A stretch of 64,000 nucleotides of DNA, from assembly GCA_050287085.1 (NCBI GenBank), contig JBNKBE010000001.1:426848-490847 (forward strand), given 5' to 3'. The stretch comes from Polyangiaceae bacterium (GTDB lineage Bacteria > Myxococcota_A > Polyangia > Polyangiales > Polyangiaceae). Positions 42,027-52,103 of the stretch are shown here, piece after piece (within the stretch, counting starts at the first letter, position 1; each line of letters opens with the position of its first letter). Both the position numbers and the translations under genes were made by a program. The notes below the pieces were generated by a model. That model was not told the DNA's origin and searched no databases. It was given only the letters and a program-made list of their open reading frames with translations.

Positions 42027-42122
42027 GTCATGACCAAGAAACATCTGAGACACACCCGGTAACCATCTCCGCCTCGCCGGTTTCTAGAAGGTTTCGCACC
42101 GCGGCCGCCAGGCTGTTGCGTC

Positions 42123-44702
42123 TCAAGGGTGCCCGACCGTCGCCGCTGTCCGCTTCTCAGCTCTCCACAACATGGCCGGCAGCCAGATCAGATTGATCAG
42201 GATCGAGATCCCAAGCGTGAGAGCGCACAGCTTCCCAATGGAGAAAAGGCCCGGGTTGCTAGAAGCCATCAATGCGCCAAAGCCAGCAATACTCGTCAGG
42301 GTCGACCCCAATACGGCGCGTGCCGCCGTGCCGAGGCGGTCGGCCACCTCGTCCCCGGAAACGGGCTTTTCACCTGACGCCAGCAGCGGGTCCTTCCGGG
42401 CGCTGGCATCTCCCCGCATCGCCCATACGACATAGATGGCGCCGTCCACGCCAATGCCAAACGCGAGCGGGAAGACCAACATGTTGTAGAGATTGACCCT
42501 CACGTCAAACAGCACCATCGCGCCCATAGTAAGCGCCATCGTCAAGGCCAGGGGCATGAGCACCACCACTGCACGGCGCAATGACCGCCCGACGAGCAGT
42601 GTTCCGAACAGCACCCCCGCCAACGCGAGACCCAGGATCGTCGGTGCCTCAGCCCGGAGTCGTGGCGTGACCTCGCCCAGTTGCGCCACGGGCGATGCGA
42701 ACCGAACCCCCGGGTAACGCTGCCGCCACTGCTCGAGGGTGTTGGAGAGCACCTCCATGGCGCGAGCATCCGACCCCGAAAGCTTGGAGTACAGAACGCC
42801 CAAAGTGCCGAAACGGCCATCTCGCTCGACCAACCAATCTCTTACCCATGCAGGCAACTCGGCCAACTCTACGGGAGTCGTCACGTCAGTGAGCGGTAGG
42901 AACGCATCAATGCGTTCGAGCAAGTTCCCACTCGCTTTCGTTCTCGCCGCCAACAAGGTCTTGCGCAGTCCGGCGATGGCCGCCAAACGCGCGGTCTGAT
43001 CTGGCGGAATGAACGCGCTTGGGATCACGACAAAGGGTGAAGTTGAGTCGACAACCTCCTCGGGCGGAGCGGCTCTGACTTCGCTGGCGAAGACATCGAG
43101 CGCGCTGCGCTCATCGGACAACAGGTAGACGGACGTTCGGGCCGTGCCGTGTAGCGTGCTCCCCCAGTGGATACCGTGACCCACCCCTGCAGGTCTGAGT
43201 TTTCGCAGATCATACTCAAAGCCCACGCCCGAACTGACCGCGCCACTCCCGATCAACAGTCCTAGGCCTGCCAATGCGAGGAGCGAACGGGTAATAGTAC
43301 GACGCCAACGACCGATCAGCGACCATCGCACGCCACCCCAAACACGCAGCCCAAGCTTGCTGGAGAACTCTCCATCGAGCACCGCAACCAGCGGCGGAAA
43401 AAGCACGAAATAGGCCAGCAAGCTGCTAGCCACGCCAAAGGCAGCGATCGGCCCCATCTCAGAAAAGCCTCGGAATGATGCGGCGGCCAGTGCTCCAAAC
43501 CCCGCGCTCGTAGTCCCAGCGGCAACCAGCATCGAAGGGGCCAGATGGGTGAGGGTCTCAACCAGGGCGGAAGGGGTGTCGAGTTCCTTCCGGCACTGGG
43601 AATAGTGAGTCGTGAGATGAACCCCGAAATCAATGCCGACGCCCGCCAGCACCGCCAACGTAAAGACACTGATCACGTTCAGTCTCACGCCCGCCGCCCC
43701 AAGTGGGCCCAGCGCCCACAGGATGCCCAGGGCGGCCGGCACCAGCAGAACCACTATGCTGGCCCAACCGCGAAACTGACCCACGACGACCAGAAGAACC
43801 AGCACTAGACTGACCAAAGTGGTCATCTGCAGATCTCGACTCACCGAATCCTGAGTCATCGCCGCATTTCGATAGGGACCGCTGACCGCCATCTTCAGTG
43901 CTGGGTCGTCGTTCCCTGCACGTTCGACAGAAAACAGATGCTCACTCCGCGCTAGAATGCTGCGAGCAAACACCAGGTCGTCGGGATCCCCCTCCAGCGC
44001 CACCTGCACGGTGCAGGTCCTAGTCTCTACATCGCAGAGTTCACCCAGCTCGGCCTCGTTGTCAGAGGCCTTTGAGGTTCCTGCAGCGGCCGCCGGTGGA
44101 GGAGGCGTCGTTGAGAACGCAGTGGTATCGTTGCCAAAGAGGCTCGCGAGAGCCTTGACGTTGGGCTCCTTTTCGAACAGCGCTTGCAGATCCGCGTCCG
44201 TAGGCAGGGGGGGCGCCTCATCGTCCAGATTTTCGCATCCGGGCAGTCTATTGCATTCTTCCCAACGGTGACGCTCCGCCAGGGTGTCATCCAACTGCAA
44301 CAGATCGGGAGCCGACAGGTAGAGCAGTCGATGCTGCAAGAAGAAGGTCGGGTCTCGGCGAGACATCACCCACCGCGTCTCGGGCCACTCCGTGACTCGA
44401 GTGGCGAGGCGCCGCGCAATGTGACGACTGGTGTCGATATCGCTGCTCTGAACGAGTAGATACAAGGGGGACGCGCTCTGCAGTCGTTCTTTGAGCTCCC
44501 CCAAGGAACGCGCCGACGCAGTGTTCGCTGGCAACAGGGCTTGTAGGCGCGAATCCACGCCGACGCCCCGCGCAAGCAGCCCCATACCAAGGCTCAGCAG
44601 TCCGACAACGACGAGCACAACGAATCGCCGACGCACCGCAAACCGCACATAACACTCGAACCAGGATCGCAGGCGCGGGTTCGGCTCACTCTCTTTGGTC
44701 AT
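42123..44702 (-). CDS. MMPL/RND-family transporter
   Basis: Duplicated TM architecture, GVGIDFGVH and GIGVDGAIY, TTSAGFGAL. Confidence 0.88.
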   Translation of the reverse strand: MTKESEPNPRLRSWFECYVRFAVRRRFVVLVVVGLLSLGMGLLARGVGVDSRLQALLPANTASARSLGELKERLQSASPLYLLVQSSDIDTSRHIARRLATRVTEWPETRWVMSRRDPTFFLQHRLLYLSAPDLLQLDDTLAERHRWEECNRLPGCENLDDEAPPLPTDADLQALFEKEPNVKALASLFGNDTTAFSTTPPPPAAAAGTSKASDNEAELGELCDVETRTCTVQVALEGDPDDLVFARSILARSEHLFSVERAGNDDPALKMAVSGPYRNAAMTQDSVSRDLQMTTLVSLVLVLLVVVGQFRGWASIVVLLVPAALGILWALGPLGAAGVRLNVISVFTLAVLAGVGIDFGVHLTTHYSQCRKELDTPSALVETLTHLAPSMLVAAGTTSAGFGALAAASFRGFSEMGPIAAFGVASSLLAYFVLFPPLVAVLDGEFSSKLGLRVWGGVRWSLIGRWRRTITRSLLALAGLGLLIGSGAVSSGVGFEYDLRKLRPAGVGHGIHWGSTLHGTARTSVYLLSDERSALDVFASEVRAAPPEEVVDSTSPFVVIPSAFIPPDQTARLAAIAGLRKTLLAARTKASGNLLERIDAFLPLTDVTTPVELAELPAWVRDWLVERDGRFGTLGVLYSKLSGSDARAMEVLSNTLEQWRQRYPGVRFASPVAQLGEVTPRLRAEAPTILGLALAGVLFGTLLVGRSLRRAVVVLMPLALTMALTMGAMVLFDVRVNLYNMLVFPLAFGIGVDGAIYVVWAMRGDASARKDPLLASGEKPVSGDEVADRLGTAARAVLGSTLTSIAGFGALMASSNPGLFSIGKLCALTLGISILINLIWLPAMLWRAEKRTAATVGHP

Positions 44703-44815
44703 ATTGCTAGCGGGCCGTCCTGACAGTCGCAAACGACGGACCTTCGCCAGCACCATGCCAGAGTCGCCTCGTCAAGGAAAGCCCACGCCATCTCAGTCAA
44801 GCTTTGATCCGAGGT

Positions 44816-44843
44816 GCGGGGAGCGAGCCTGCTCGCTCCCCGC
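44816..44843. repeat. Perfect GC-rich palindrome/hairpin
   Basis: GCGGGGAGCGAG-cctg-CTCGCTCCCCGC in the MMPL/lnt divergent region. Confidence 0.6.
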
Positions 44844-45418
44844 GGTTTGGGGTTCGGCCGGTGGGAGGGGGGTTCGGTCTTAGGGGGCCGGTTAGCGCGC
44901 TGCACCGTCAGAGCAGCTCCTCCAGGGCATCGCTCGTGGTTGCCCGCGAGTCAGCGAGGTGTGCTCCAGGGAGCAAGCCCCGCAATCACATGGCACGAAC
45001 CAATACCGAGGGCTGACCGTAGGCAGCCACCAGTCTTCAATGCTCGCTCATCGATCGTCGTCGTGAGCCAGGTGCTCAGCTTCCACCAGCGCCCTCCTTG
45101 GTCCCCGTGGCTCCATCACTCGCGCCAAACTCGACTTGTTCGACACCTTGCCCAGCATACAGGCAAGCCGCCGAGTGGCAGCCCGGACTTCCCCTGCTCG
45201 TGCCACCTCGCATCTCCTTGTCGTGGCTGGTAGGGACGTGCGCGCACGAGGCCGATGAATCCGAAGTCACCCACCACGGGCCGGACCCCGAAACCGAGCA
45301 GCCAATCCACGAATGGTCAAGGCTGTGCGACATCCTGCCCCACGAAGAGACCGCCGCCCCATTTTCTGGTATCCGTTCTAGGCAAGGCCGCCAGGTTGTG
45401 TCAGACCCTGACGCGAAA

Positions 45419-47029
45419 ATGGTGAAGGCAGCGAGGCTCGCAAGGAAAAACAGCGGAGCCACAATAGCGACTCAACCCGCGCAAACTCCCGAGTTGAGTG
45501 GAAAGCGTCTCTCGCGCTTACTCGCGCTACTCACTGGAGTGCTCTACTTCCTGGCCTTTCCGGGGATCGACGTGTGGCCACTGGCTTTCGTGGCGTGGCT
45601 CCCACTTCTGTGGGCGTTGGAGGGGAAGAGCGCGCGAGAAGGTTTGTTCCTCGGCTGGCTTTCCGGGTTCGGAATGACCTTCTTAGGCTTCTACTGGATT
45701 CTGCACATGCTCAAGAGCTTCAGCGGATTCAGCACGCCGATTTGCCTGTTGTTCATGGCGCTGCTCGCGGCCTATCAATCCGGAAGGATCGCCTCGATGG
45801 GTTGGCTTCACGTCCGCATGGTCGAACGGGGATGCCCCCGGGAAGCGGCGTTTCTGCTGAGCTTCGCCGTCAGCGAGTTCCTATTCCCGCTGCTCTTCCC
45901 CTGGTACTTCGGCGCTACGGTCTATCAAGTCCCCAGCTTGACGCAGGTCGCTGATCTCGGAAGTCCAATTGTTGTGGGTCTGGTGCTGAGCTGCGTTAAC
46001 CTGGTCATCTTTGACCTGTTGCGGAGACGTAGGCAGCAGCTTCCGCTGGCTCTTCGACGCCAGTCCTACCTGCTTGCGCCTCTGGCACTCGCACTATTGT
46101 ATGGCGGATACCGACTTCGGGAGGTGGACGCAGGTATCAAGCTGGCGCCACACCTTCGTGTTGGTGTGGTCCAGGCCAACATGGGTTTGGTTGAGAAGCG
46201 ACGCGATCGCGAAGAGGGACTAAGACGCCACTTGGCATTGAGTGAGCAACTGATCGAACAAGGACCGCTGGATCTGCTCGTGTGGTCTGAAACCAGCGTC
46301 GCGGGTGGAGTCTACGAACAGGAGGCCGAAGCCGTCTACGAACGACTGATTACGAAGCGCCTCAAGACTCCTACGCTCTTCGGCGCATTGCTGGTTCGAG
46401 ACGTCAGCGATGCACGCCGCTACACGTTGTTCAACTCACTGTTGATGTCGGACCGCTCGGGCAAGCTGGTTGGGCGCTACGACAAGCACAAGCTGCTTCC
46501 TTTCGGCGAGTACTTGCCACTCGGTGACTCATTTCCAAAGCTCTACGATTGGTCGCCCAATACCGGTCGCTTTACGCCGGGTGATACTCTGGACGCGCTC
46601 AAGCTGGGCGACTACGAAGTCAGCGGTCAAGTCTGCTACGAGGACGTGTTGCCCAGCTTCGTCAACAGCATGTTTCGGGAGTCTCCCGGTGACCTGATCG
46701 TGAACCTCACCAACGACGCCTGGTACGGCGACACCACGCAGCCTTGGATTCATCTCGCGCTTGCGCAGTTTCGTGCAATTGAGCACCGCAAGGCGCTGGT
46801 GCGGTCGACCAACAGCGGAGTCAGCGCCTTCGTAGACCCCGCGGGACGCGTCACGGCGCACACCGAGACTTTCACTCAGGCCGCATTGGCCAGGGACGTG
46901 CCGATCTTGCGCGGCGGTCGTACCCCCTACGAGCTGTATGGCGACTTGCCGTGGTGGGCGTGCACTTGCCTGGCGGCATACGGTGCCTTTCGACGCCGCT
47001 CCAAACTTGTCCCCACTTCACTTGCGTGA
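45419..47029 (+). CDS. lnt: Apolipoprotein N-acyltransferase
   Basis: Multiple TMs, VQAN, WSET, YDKHKLLPFGEY, VCYED, NDAWYG, RAIE. Confidence 0.93.
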   Translation: MVKAARLARKNSGATIATQPAQTPELSGKRLSRLLALLTGVLYFLAFPGIDVWPLAFVAWLPLLWALEGKSAREGLFLGWLSGFGMTFLGFYWILHMLKSFSGFSTPICLLFMALLAAYQSGRIASMGWLHVRMVERGCPREAAFLLSFAVSEFLFPLLFPWYFGATVYQVPSLTQVADLGSPIVVGLVLSCVNLVIFDLLRRRRQQLPLALRRQSYLLAPLALALLYGGYRLREVDAGIKLAPHLRVGVVQANMGLVEKRRDREEGLRRHLALSEQLIEQGPLDLLVWSETSVAGGVYEQEAEAVYERLITKRLKTPTLFGALLVRDVSDARRYTLFNSLLMSDRSGKLVGRYDKHKLLPFGEYLPLGDSFPKLYDWSPNTGRFTPGDTLDALKLGDYEVSGQVCYEDVLPSFVNSMFRESPGDLIVNLTNDAWYGDTTQPWIHLALAQFRAIEHRKALVRSTNSGVSAFVDPAGRVTAHTETFTQAALARDVPILRGGRTPYELYGDLPWWACTCLAAYGAFRRRSKLVPTSLA

Positions 47030-47193
47030 TGCCGACGTTCTGCTCATAGGCCACATCCCCGTCCGGCCGCGGATGGGATAGTCATACAACGCCAGCCAAG
47101 GCTCTTGCGTTGGTGAGCGGGCTCGTCGCGGCGGCCTCGACCGGCTCGCGACTGACTCTCCCATCCGCGGACCCTAGGTCCAACAGATTCCGC

Positions 47194-48399
47194 TTAGCGA
47201 TGGGTCTCGTAGCCGGCGATAAGCCGACGCCCCACCTCGGCCCACGAAAAGTTCTCGCGAACCCAGTTCTGCGCACGCACCGCCATCGATATGGGGCGCT
47301 CGCGAAACGCCTCGCGTAGAGCCCGTGCCAATGCGTCCGGCGCGCCAGGCACCACCGAGCACAGCTCCAATCGCGCGAGCGGACCGAAATCGCAAGAAGG
47401 TGTCGTGATGGCAGGAGTTCCAGCGGACATGGCTTCGAGTAGGGCGCCGGACTGGGCCTCGTGATAGCTCGAGAGCACGAAGACACTCGCTTCGCCCAGC
47501 GCACCACGCTTGAGTGCGCCCGCTAGAGGGCCCGTCAGGAGCAGGCGCGGCTCTAGGCCGAGTGTGCGGGTCAGGGCGCGCAGCTCCTGTTCGTAGCCCG
47601 CGTCAGGCCCCGCGATCACGAGCCAGGGCGCCAAGGCTGAATCCACCTGTGCGAATGCCTTCACCAAGAGGTCGAGCCCCTTGATGGGATGAACGCGGCC
47701 AAGAAAAAGGGCAAACGGAGCCCGACCCAGTTGCGAAAAACGAGCCCGGAACGCCACCCCATCCTCGGGTTCAACGTCTACGCTCGCGACCCCGTTGGGG
47801 ATCACCTCTATTGGCCTCAACGAGAGCCTCTTCGCTGCGTTCGCCTCGGCCTCTGTCAGGCAATGGATGAAAGCTGCAGCTTGCACTACCCGCAGGTAAC
47901 CCAGCCGCAGGCCGACATGTTTCTTCACCGCTTTTTGACGGAGAGCCCAGGGAAACAACACGCCATGGGGTGTGATGGCATAAGGCACGCCGCGTTGCCG
48001 CGCGACGCGGGCGGCGGCCGGCACAATCGGCTCCCACAAAGCGTGCAGATGTACCCAATCGGCCTTCGCTACGAGCTGCTCAAGCTCCCGAGGCGACGAA
48101 TAACCCGAAACAGCGGCCCACGGAGGCGAGGGCGGAACAAACACCAAGCGCACCCTCCCCTCCCCCCCCAGCTCTCGCCACAACTCGCAAACAGTTCCCC
48201 GCAAAGCCTGCGGATCGGGACTGCATACAACCACGTCTAGCCCCGCTCGCGCTTGAGCTACGGCCAGGCTGAGGACCACCTGCGGCGGCCCCCCAGCCGC
48301 AGGATCGAGAGTACCAATGACGTGCACAACGCTGCGGCACTGCGCTTCGCTGCGGCACTGCGCTTCGCTGCGGCACTGCGCTTCGCTGCCGCTCCTCAT
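47194..48399 (-). CDS. Glycosyltransferase family 4
   Basis: DPAAGGP, VHLH, ITPHG, IPNGV, GRVHPIKG, EAMSAGTP. Confidence 0.9.
   Translation of the reverse strand: MRSGSEAQCRSEAQCRSEAQCRSVVHVIGTLDPAAGGPPQVVLSLAVAQARAGLDVVVCSPDPQALRGTVCELWRELGGEGRVRLVFVPPSPPWAAVSGYSSPRELEQLVAKADWVHLHALWEPIVPAAARVARQRGVPYAITPHGVLFPWALRQKAVKKHVGLRLGYLRVVQAAAFIHCLTEAEANAAKRLSLRPIEVIPNGVASVDVEPEDGVAFRARFSQLGRAPFALFLGRVHPIKGLDLLVKAFAQVDSALAPWLVIAGPDAGYEQELRALTRTLGLEPRLLLTGPLAGALKRGALGEASVFVLSSYHEAQSGALLEAMSAGTPAITTPSCDFGPLARLELCSVVPGAPDALARALREAFRERPISMAVRAQNWVRENFSWAEVGRRLIAGYETHR
48330..48389. repeat. 18-bp tandem repeat x3.3 (encodes SEAQCR)
   Basis: Unit CGCTGCGGCACTGCGCTT. Confidence 0.9.
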
Positions 48400-48712
48400 G
48401 TCGCGTCGCGCCATCCCAATGCGCATGGGCACGGCCTACACGTTCCGCGCAGGCGCCAGAGCCGGCTCGACAAGCATCGCCAGCTCGACAAGCACCGCCT
48501 CCCGAGCGCTCTCACACACCGGTACGGAGCGGGGCCATCACATCTTGTCACGAAACGAGACTCTCTGTGCGGCAGCCTACCACAGCCCTGTGACCCTTGA
48601 AAGGGCCACTCTAGCTGGGGAGGCGCCGAGGCCGAGAGACACTGCGAACTTCGCCCACGCGCTGTCTGCGAAGCACGTTGCCGTTCCCGCGCGCCAAGCT
48701 TTCTGATATCGA

Positions 48713-49840
48713 ATGGGAATGGCAGAGCCATTTCCCGGCAAAGTCCTCGTCGTCGATGACGACCCGACAAGCCTTCGGGTAATGGCTAACCTCCTGCTTC
48801 GAGAACAGTATCAGGTTTCCACAGCCACGGACGGCGAAGAAGCGTTCTCGATGGCCTTGTTGGAACCGCCAGACGCCATCGTATTGGACGTCCACATGCC
48901 CGGTGGAGACGGCTATGACGCCTGTCGTCGTCTCAAGCGAGAAGCGGAGCTGCGCGAGGTTCCAGTTCTATTCCTGTCGGGACTGGCAGATCCCTTCAAC
49001 CGTGCAAGCGCCTTTGAGGCAGGCGCCGTCGACTACGTGCTCAAGCCCTGCGATCCGGCTGATTTGATCGCTCGGGTGGGTGTGCACGTTCGGGTGCGAC
49101 AATTGCTCCGTCAGGTGGCGCGCCGCAACGAAGACCTCGCTCGCGAACGACAGCGACAAGACGACCTGTTTACAATGCTGGCCCACGACGTGCGCTCGCC
49201 GCTCACCGCCATCATCGGAAGCCTCGATCTGCTGCACACGAGCGACCCTCCACTGCCAGAATGCGCGACCGAGCTGATTTCGGACGCAGCTAGCGGTGCC
49301 CAGCGAGTCAATGAATTGGTTTCCGACTTGCTCTCCGTGCGAGCCCTCGAAACGGGTGAACACACACCCGTGCTCGAGCCCGCCGGAGCTGACACGATCC
49401 TCGTCCACGCATTGCGTTCGTTGGGCGACGAAGCGTGCGCTCGAATCGATGCCCATTGCGACGCAGGTCAAATTCGGTGTGACTCGAGTCTATTGGCGCG
49501 CGCCCTGGCCAACCTGCTTCGAACCGCGCTCAGGTGCGTCCCTGGAGAACAGCGCATCTTACTTACCTGGAGCGAACCGCGTTCAGGCGTAAGCAGAATC
49601 GTCGTGAGCGGTCCCGAAGCTATGAGCCCAGCGTCGGTCGCCCCTGACAGCGACTTGAACCGCGGCGTGGACGCAACGAGCTCAGCCACCAATCTAGGGC
49701 TAACCTTTAGCCGGCTGGTCTCCGAAGCCCATGGCGGACGATTGAACGTGAGCTCCCAGGCGAGTGACGGCCCGATTTTCTCGCTGCAGCTCCCGATCGA
49801 GGGTCCCGCGCAAAATCGCCCCGCTGGGGACTGCCCTTAG
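48713..49840 (+). CDS. Hybrid response regulator / histidine kinase with degenerate HATPase
   Basis: VVDDD, LDVHMP, YVLKP; AHDVRSPL; ATP-binding boxes eroded. Confidence 0.85.
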   Translation: MGMAEPFPGKVLVVDDDPTSLRVMANLLLREQYQVSTATDGEEAFSMALLEPPDAIVLDVHMPGGDGYDACRRLKREAELREVPVLFLSGLADPFNRASAFEAGAVDYVLKPCDPADLIARVGVHVRVRQLLRQVARRNEDLARERQRQDDLFTMLAHDVRSPLTAIIGSLDLLHTSDPPLPECATELISDAASGAQRVNELVSDLLSVRALETGEHTPVLEPAGADTILVHALRSLGDEACARIDAHCDAGQIRCDSSLLARALANLLRTALRCVPGEQRILLTWSEPRSGVSRIVVSGPEAMSPASVAPDSDLNRGVDATSSATNLGLTFSRLVSEAHGGRLNVSSQASDGPIFSLQLPIEGPAQNRPAGDCP

Positions 49841-49881
49841 GGACCGCGAATGGGGCGACGGAGCTGAGGCGACGGCTACCG

Positions 49882-50862
49882 CTACCGCACCGACTGCTGC
49901 AACGCTGCCGCTAGTCCCCCGCGGTCAAGCTCAGCGTCACTCGGCAACGCGCACTTGCCAAGGATACGCCGTAGCCAACCATGCCCCGGGTCTTGCTCGT
50001 AGCGCTGGTGCCAACACAAGAAGTAGGGCACGTCGGCGCTCGACACGGGGAGCTCAAGTTGTACCAGCTCGTTGCGCGCCGCCAGCAAGCGGGCCGCGCG
50101 CAGCGGCAGAGCCGCGATCAAATCGGAATGGCGCAGCAGTTCGACGGCCGCAGCAAAAGTGGGCACGGTGACCCGAACAAAGCGATCGAGTCCCTGCTGC
50201 GCCAACGCGACATCAATGCTCTCACACGTTCGGCACAACGCGGTGATAGCAAGGTGCGCAGCCGAAGCGTAGCGTTGTGGCGTCAATCTACCGCTAGCGA
50301 GCGGATGATTGGCTCGCATCACACACACCAACGGGTCAGCGAAGACGAAGCGCTGCCGGATCGAATTGTGCTGCAGCCCACCATGGACGAATGCACAATG
50401 GAGGTCACCGAGTTCAAGCTCTCGCAACAGGGCCTGCGGTTCCGGATTGTGGAAAGTCAGGCGGAGCTCCGGCGCGTGCGCGGCCAGAGTCGGTAGCAAG
50501 CGGGGAGCGAGAGAATTCAACAACTCATCGGGAGCGGCCACCACCATGGGGCCCCGCAGCACTCCCGGACGAAAGACCTGGCGTTCCGACAGATCTGCCA
50601 CCTCGCGCAAGATGCGGGCGACGCCGGAGGCCATCGCTTCGGCCCGCTCCGTGGGCTCCATCCCCGAAGGGGTGCGCACAAAGAGTTCGTCACCAAACCA
50701 GACCCTCAGACGGCTCAGGTGTTTGCTCACCGTGGGCTGGCTCTGCCCCAGCGCTCGCGCCGCAGCGGTTACGCTGCGCGCCGAAAACACAGCGTTGAAC
50801 GTCGCCAGCAACTCCAGCCGAGCCTCATGCACCCCCGTCAACGTCTCATCCCTATCCGGCAT
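49882..50862 (-). CDS. LysR-family regulator (NodD/LeuO-like)
   Basis: SVTAAARALGQSQPTVSKHLSRLR, DELFVRT, DPGHGWLR. Confidence 0.9.
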   Translation of the reverse strand: MPDRDETLTGVHEARLELLATFNAVFSARSVTAAARALGQSQPTVSKHLSRLRVWFGDELFVRTPSGMEPTERAEAMASGVARILREVADLSERQVFRPGVLRGPMVVAAPDELLNSLAPRLLPTLAAHAPELRLTFHNPEPQALLRELELGDLHCAFVHGGLQHNSIRQRFVFADPLVCVMRANHPLASGRLTPQRYASAAHLAITALCRTCESIDVALAQQGLDRFVRVTVPTFAAAVELLRHSDLIAALPLRAARLLAARNELVQLELPVSSADVPYFLCWHQRYEQDPGHGWLRRILGKCALPSDAELDRGGLAAALQQSVR

Positions 50863-50994
50863 ACGGACCACTACGGCCCGTGCCGGGTGGGCATAAAGCC
50901 TCCCCTGCACAGCTCTCGACCGCCGGCCGCCGGACCGCCAGGGCCGCAGGACGTCGGCTTGGCGCGCCGCAGAACACCGCACTATAAGCGCGTC

Positions 50995-52002
50995 ATGGAT
51001 CCGCTCAGCCAGGGCGCGCTTGGAGCTGCGCTAAGCCTTGCGGTCCTCCCGCGCGGCGGACCGCTGCGTCCACGGGCCGTCGCGTGGCTCGGAGCCGCCG
51101 GTGGTATGGCCGCGGATCTCGACGTCTTGATCCGCAGCCCAGATGACCCTTTGCTTGCGATCCTATTCCACCGCCACTTCACTCACTCGCTTGCGTTCAT
51201 TCCGGTGGGCGGCTTGCTCGTTGCGGGGGCACTGCTGGCACTTCCAAGCCTCCGTCCCCATCGCTTGTGGGTGGCCCTGGCTACTACGCTGGGATACGCA
51301 ACCCATGGCATTCTCGATGCGTTCACCACATACGGCACTCAACTCTACTGGCCGTTTTCCTCAGAAAGGATAGCGCTGAGCTGGGTGTCGGTGGTCGATC
51401 CGCTAGTAACTCTCCCATTGCTTGCCGCGGTTATTCTGGCGGTGCGCCGCGGCGAGCGCCAGCCCGCACTCGCTGGACTGTTCTGGTGCGCCATGGTCCT
51501 CGGCGGGGGAGCCATCCAGCAAGCACGGGCTCTCGACGTACAACTGTCGTTGGCCAAGCTCCGTGGTCATTCGCCGACGCGCGAAGCGGTGTTTCCAACT
51601 TTCGCCAACAACGTGACCTGGCGGAGCCTGTACGAGGCTGGAGGTCACTTCTACGTCGACAAGATCCGCGTCCCCTGGGTGGGCAGAGCGTGTGCTACGC
51701 CCGGTAGTCGCGTCCCCGTTCCAGAGCCGTGGAACGATCCTCGCTCAGTACACGCACGTGCTGAACGGCTATTGCGTTGGTTTGCATCCGATTGGGTTTC
51801 GGTCGCCCCTGGCGATCCCGACGTGCTCGGCGACTTGCGCTACTCTTTCGAACCCGCAACGGCTGCGCCCATCTGGGGGATCCGTAGGCACGCCGACGAA
51901 GACCGCGTCGACTGGGTGAACAACCGCATGCAGCGAGCGATCACTTGGGCCGATCTCGAGCAGTTGGTGCTTTCTGACGGCCCCGACGCCCGATGCTTCT
52001 GA
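50995..52002 (+). CDS. Membrane-bound metal-dependent hydrolase (YdjM-like)
   Basis: MDPLSQ, ADLD, HRHFTHS, THGILDAFTTYGT. Confidence 0.88.
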   Translation: MDPLSQGALGAALSLAVLPRGGPLRPRAVAWLGAAGGMAADLDVLIRSPDDPLLAILFHRHFTHSLAFIPVGGLLVAGALLALPSLRPHRLWVALATTLGYATHGILDAFTTYGTQLYWPFSSERIALSWVSVVDPLVTLPLLAAVILAVRRGERQPALAGLFWCAMVLGGGAIQQARALDVQLSLAKLRGHSPTREAVFPTFANNVTWRSLYEAGGHFYVDKIRVPWVGRACATPGSRVPVPEPWNDPRSVHARAERLLRWFASDWVSVAPGDPDVLGDLRYSFEPATAAPIWGIRRHADEDRVDWVNNRMQRAITWADLEQLVLSDGPDARCF

Positions 52003-52103
52003 GGGTCGGATAAGCACTGCGCCGCGCTGCGAACTTCGCCGCCTTGAGCTGGCTCACCACAAGGCGGTTGTCACGGCGATCCCAAGATGCCACAACGCCG
52101 AAG

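Noticed and set aside
44844..45418. Possible small gene or ncRNA in the long MMPL-lnt intergenic region
   Set aside because: Several short ORFs, none with convincing composition; no known RNA signature seen.
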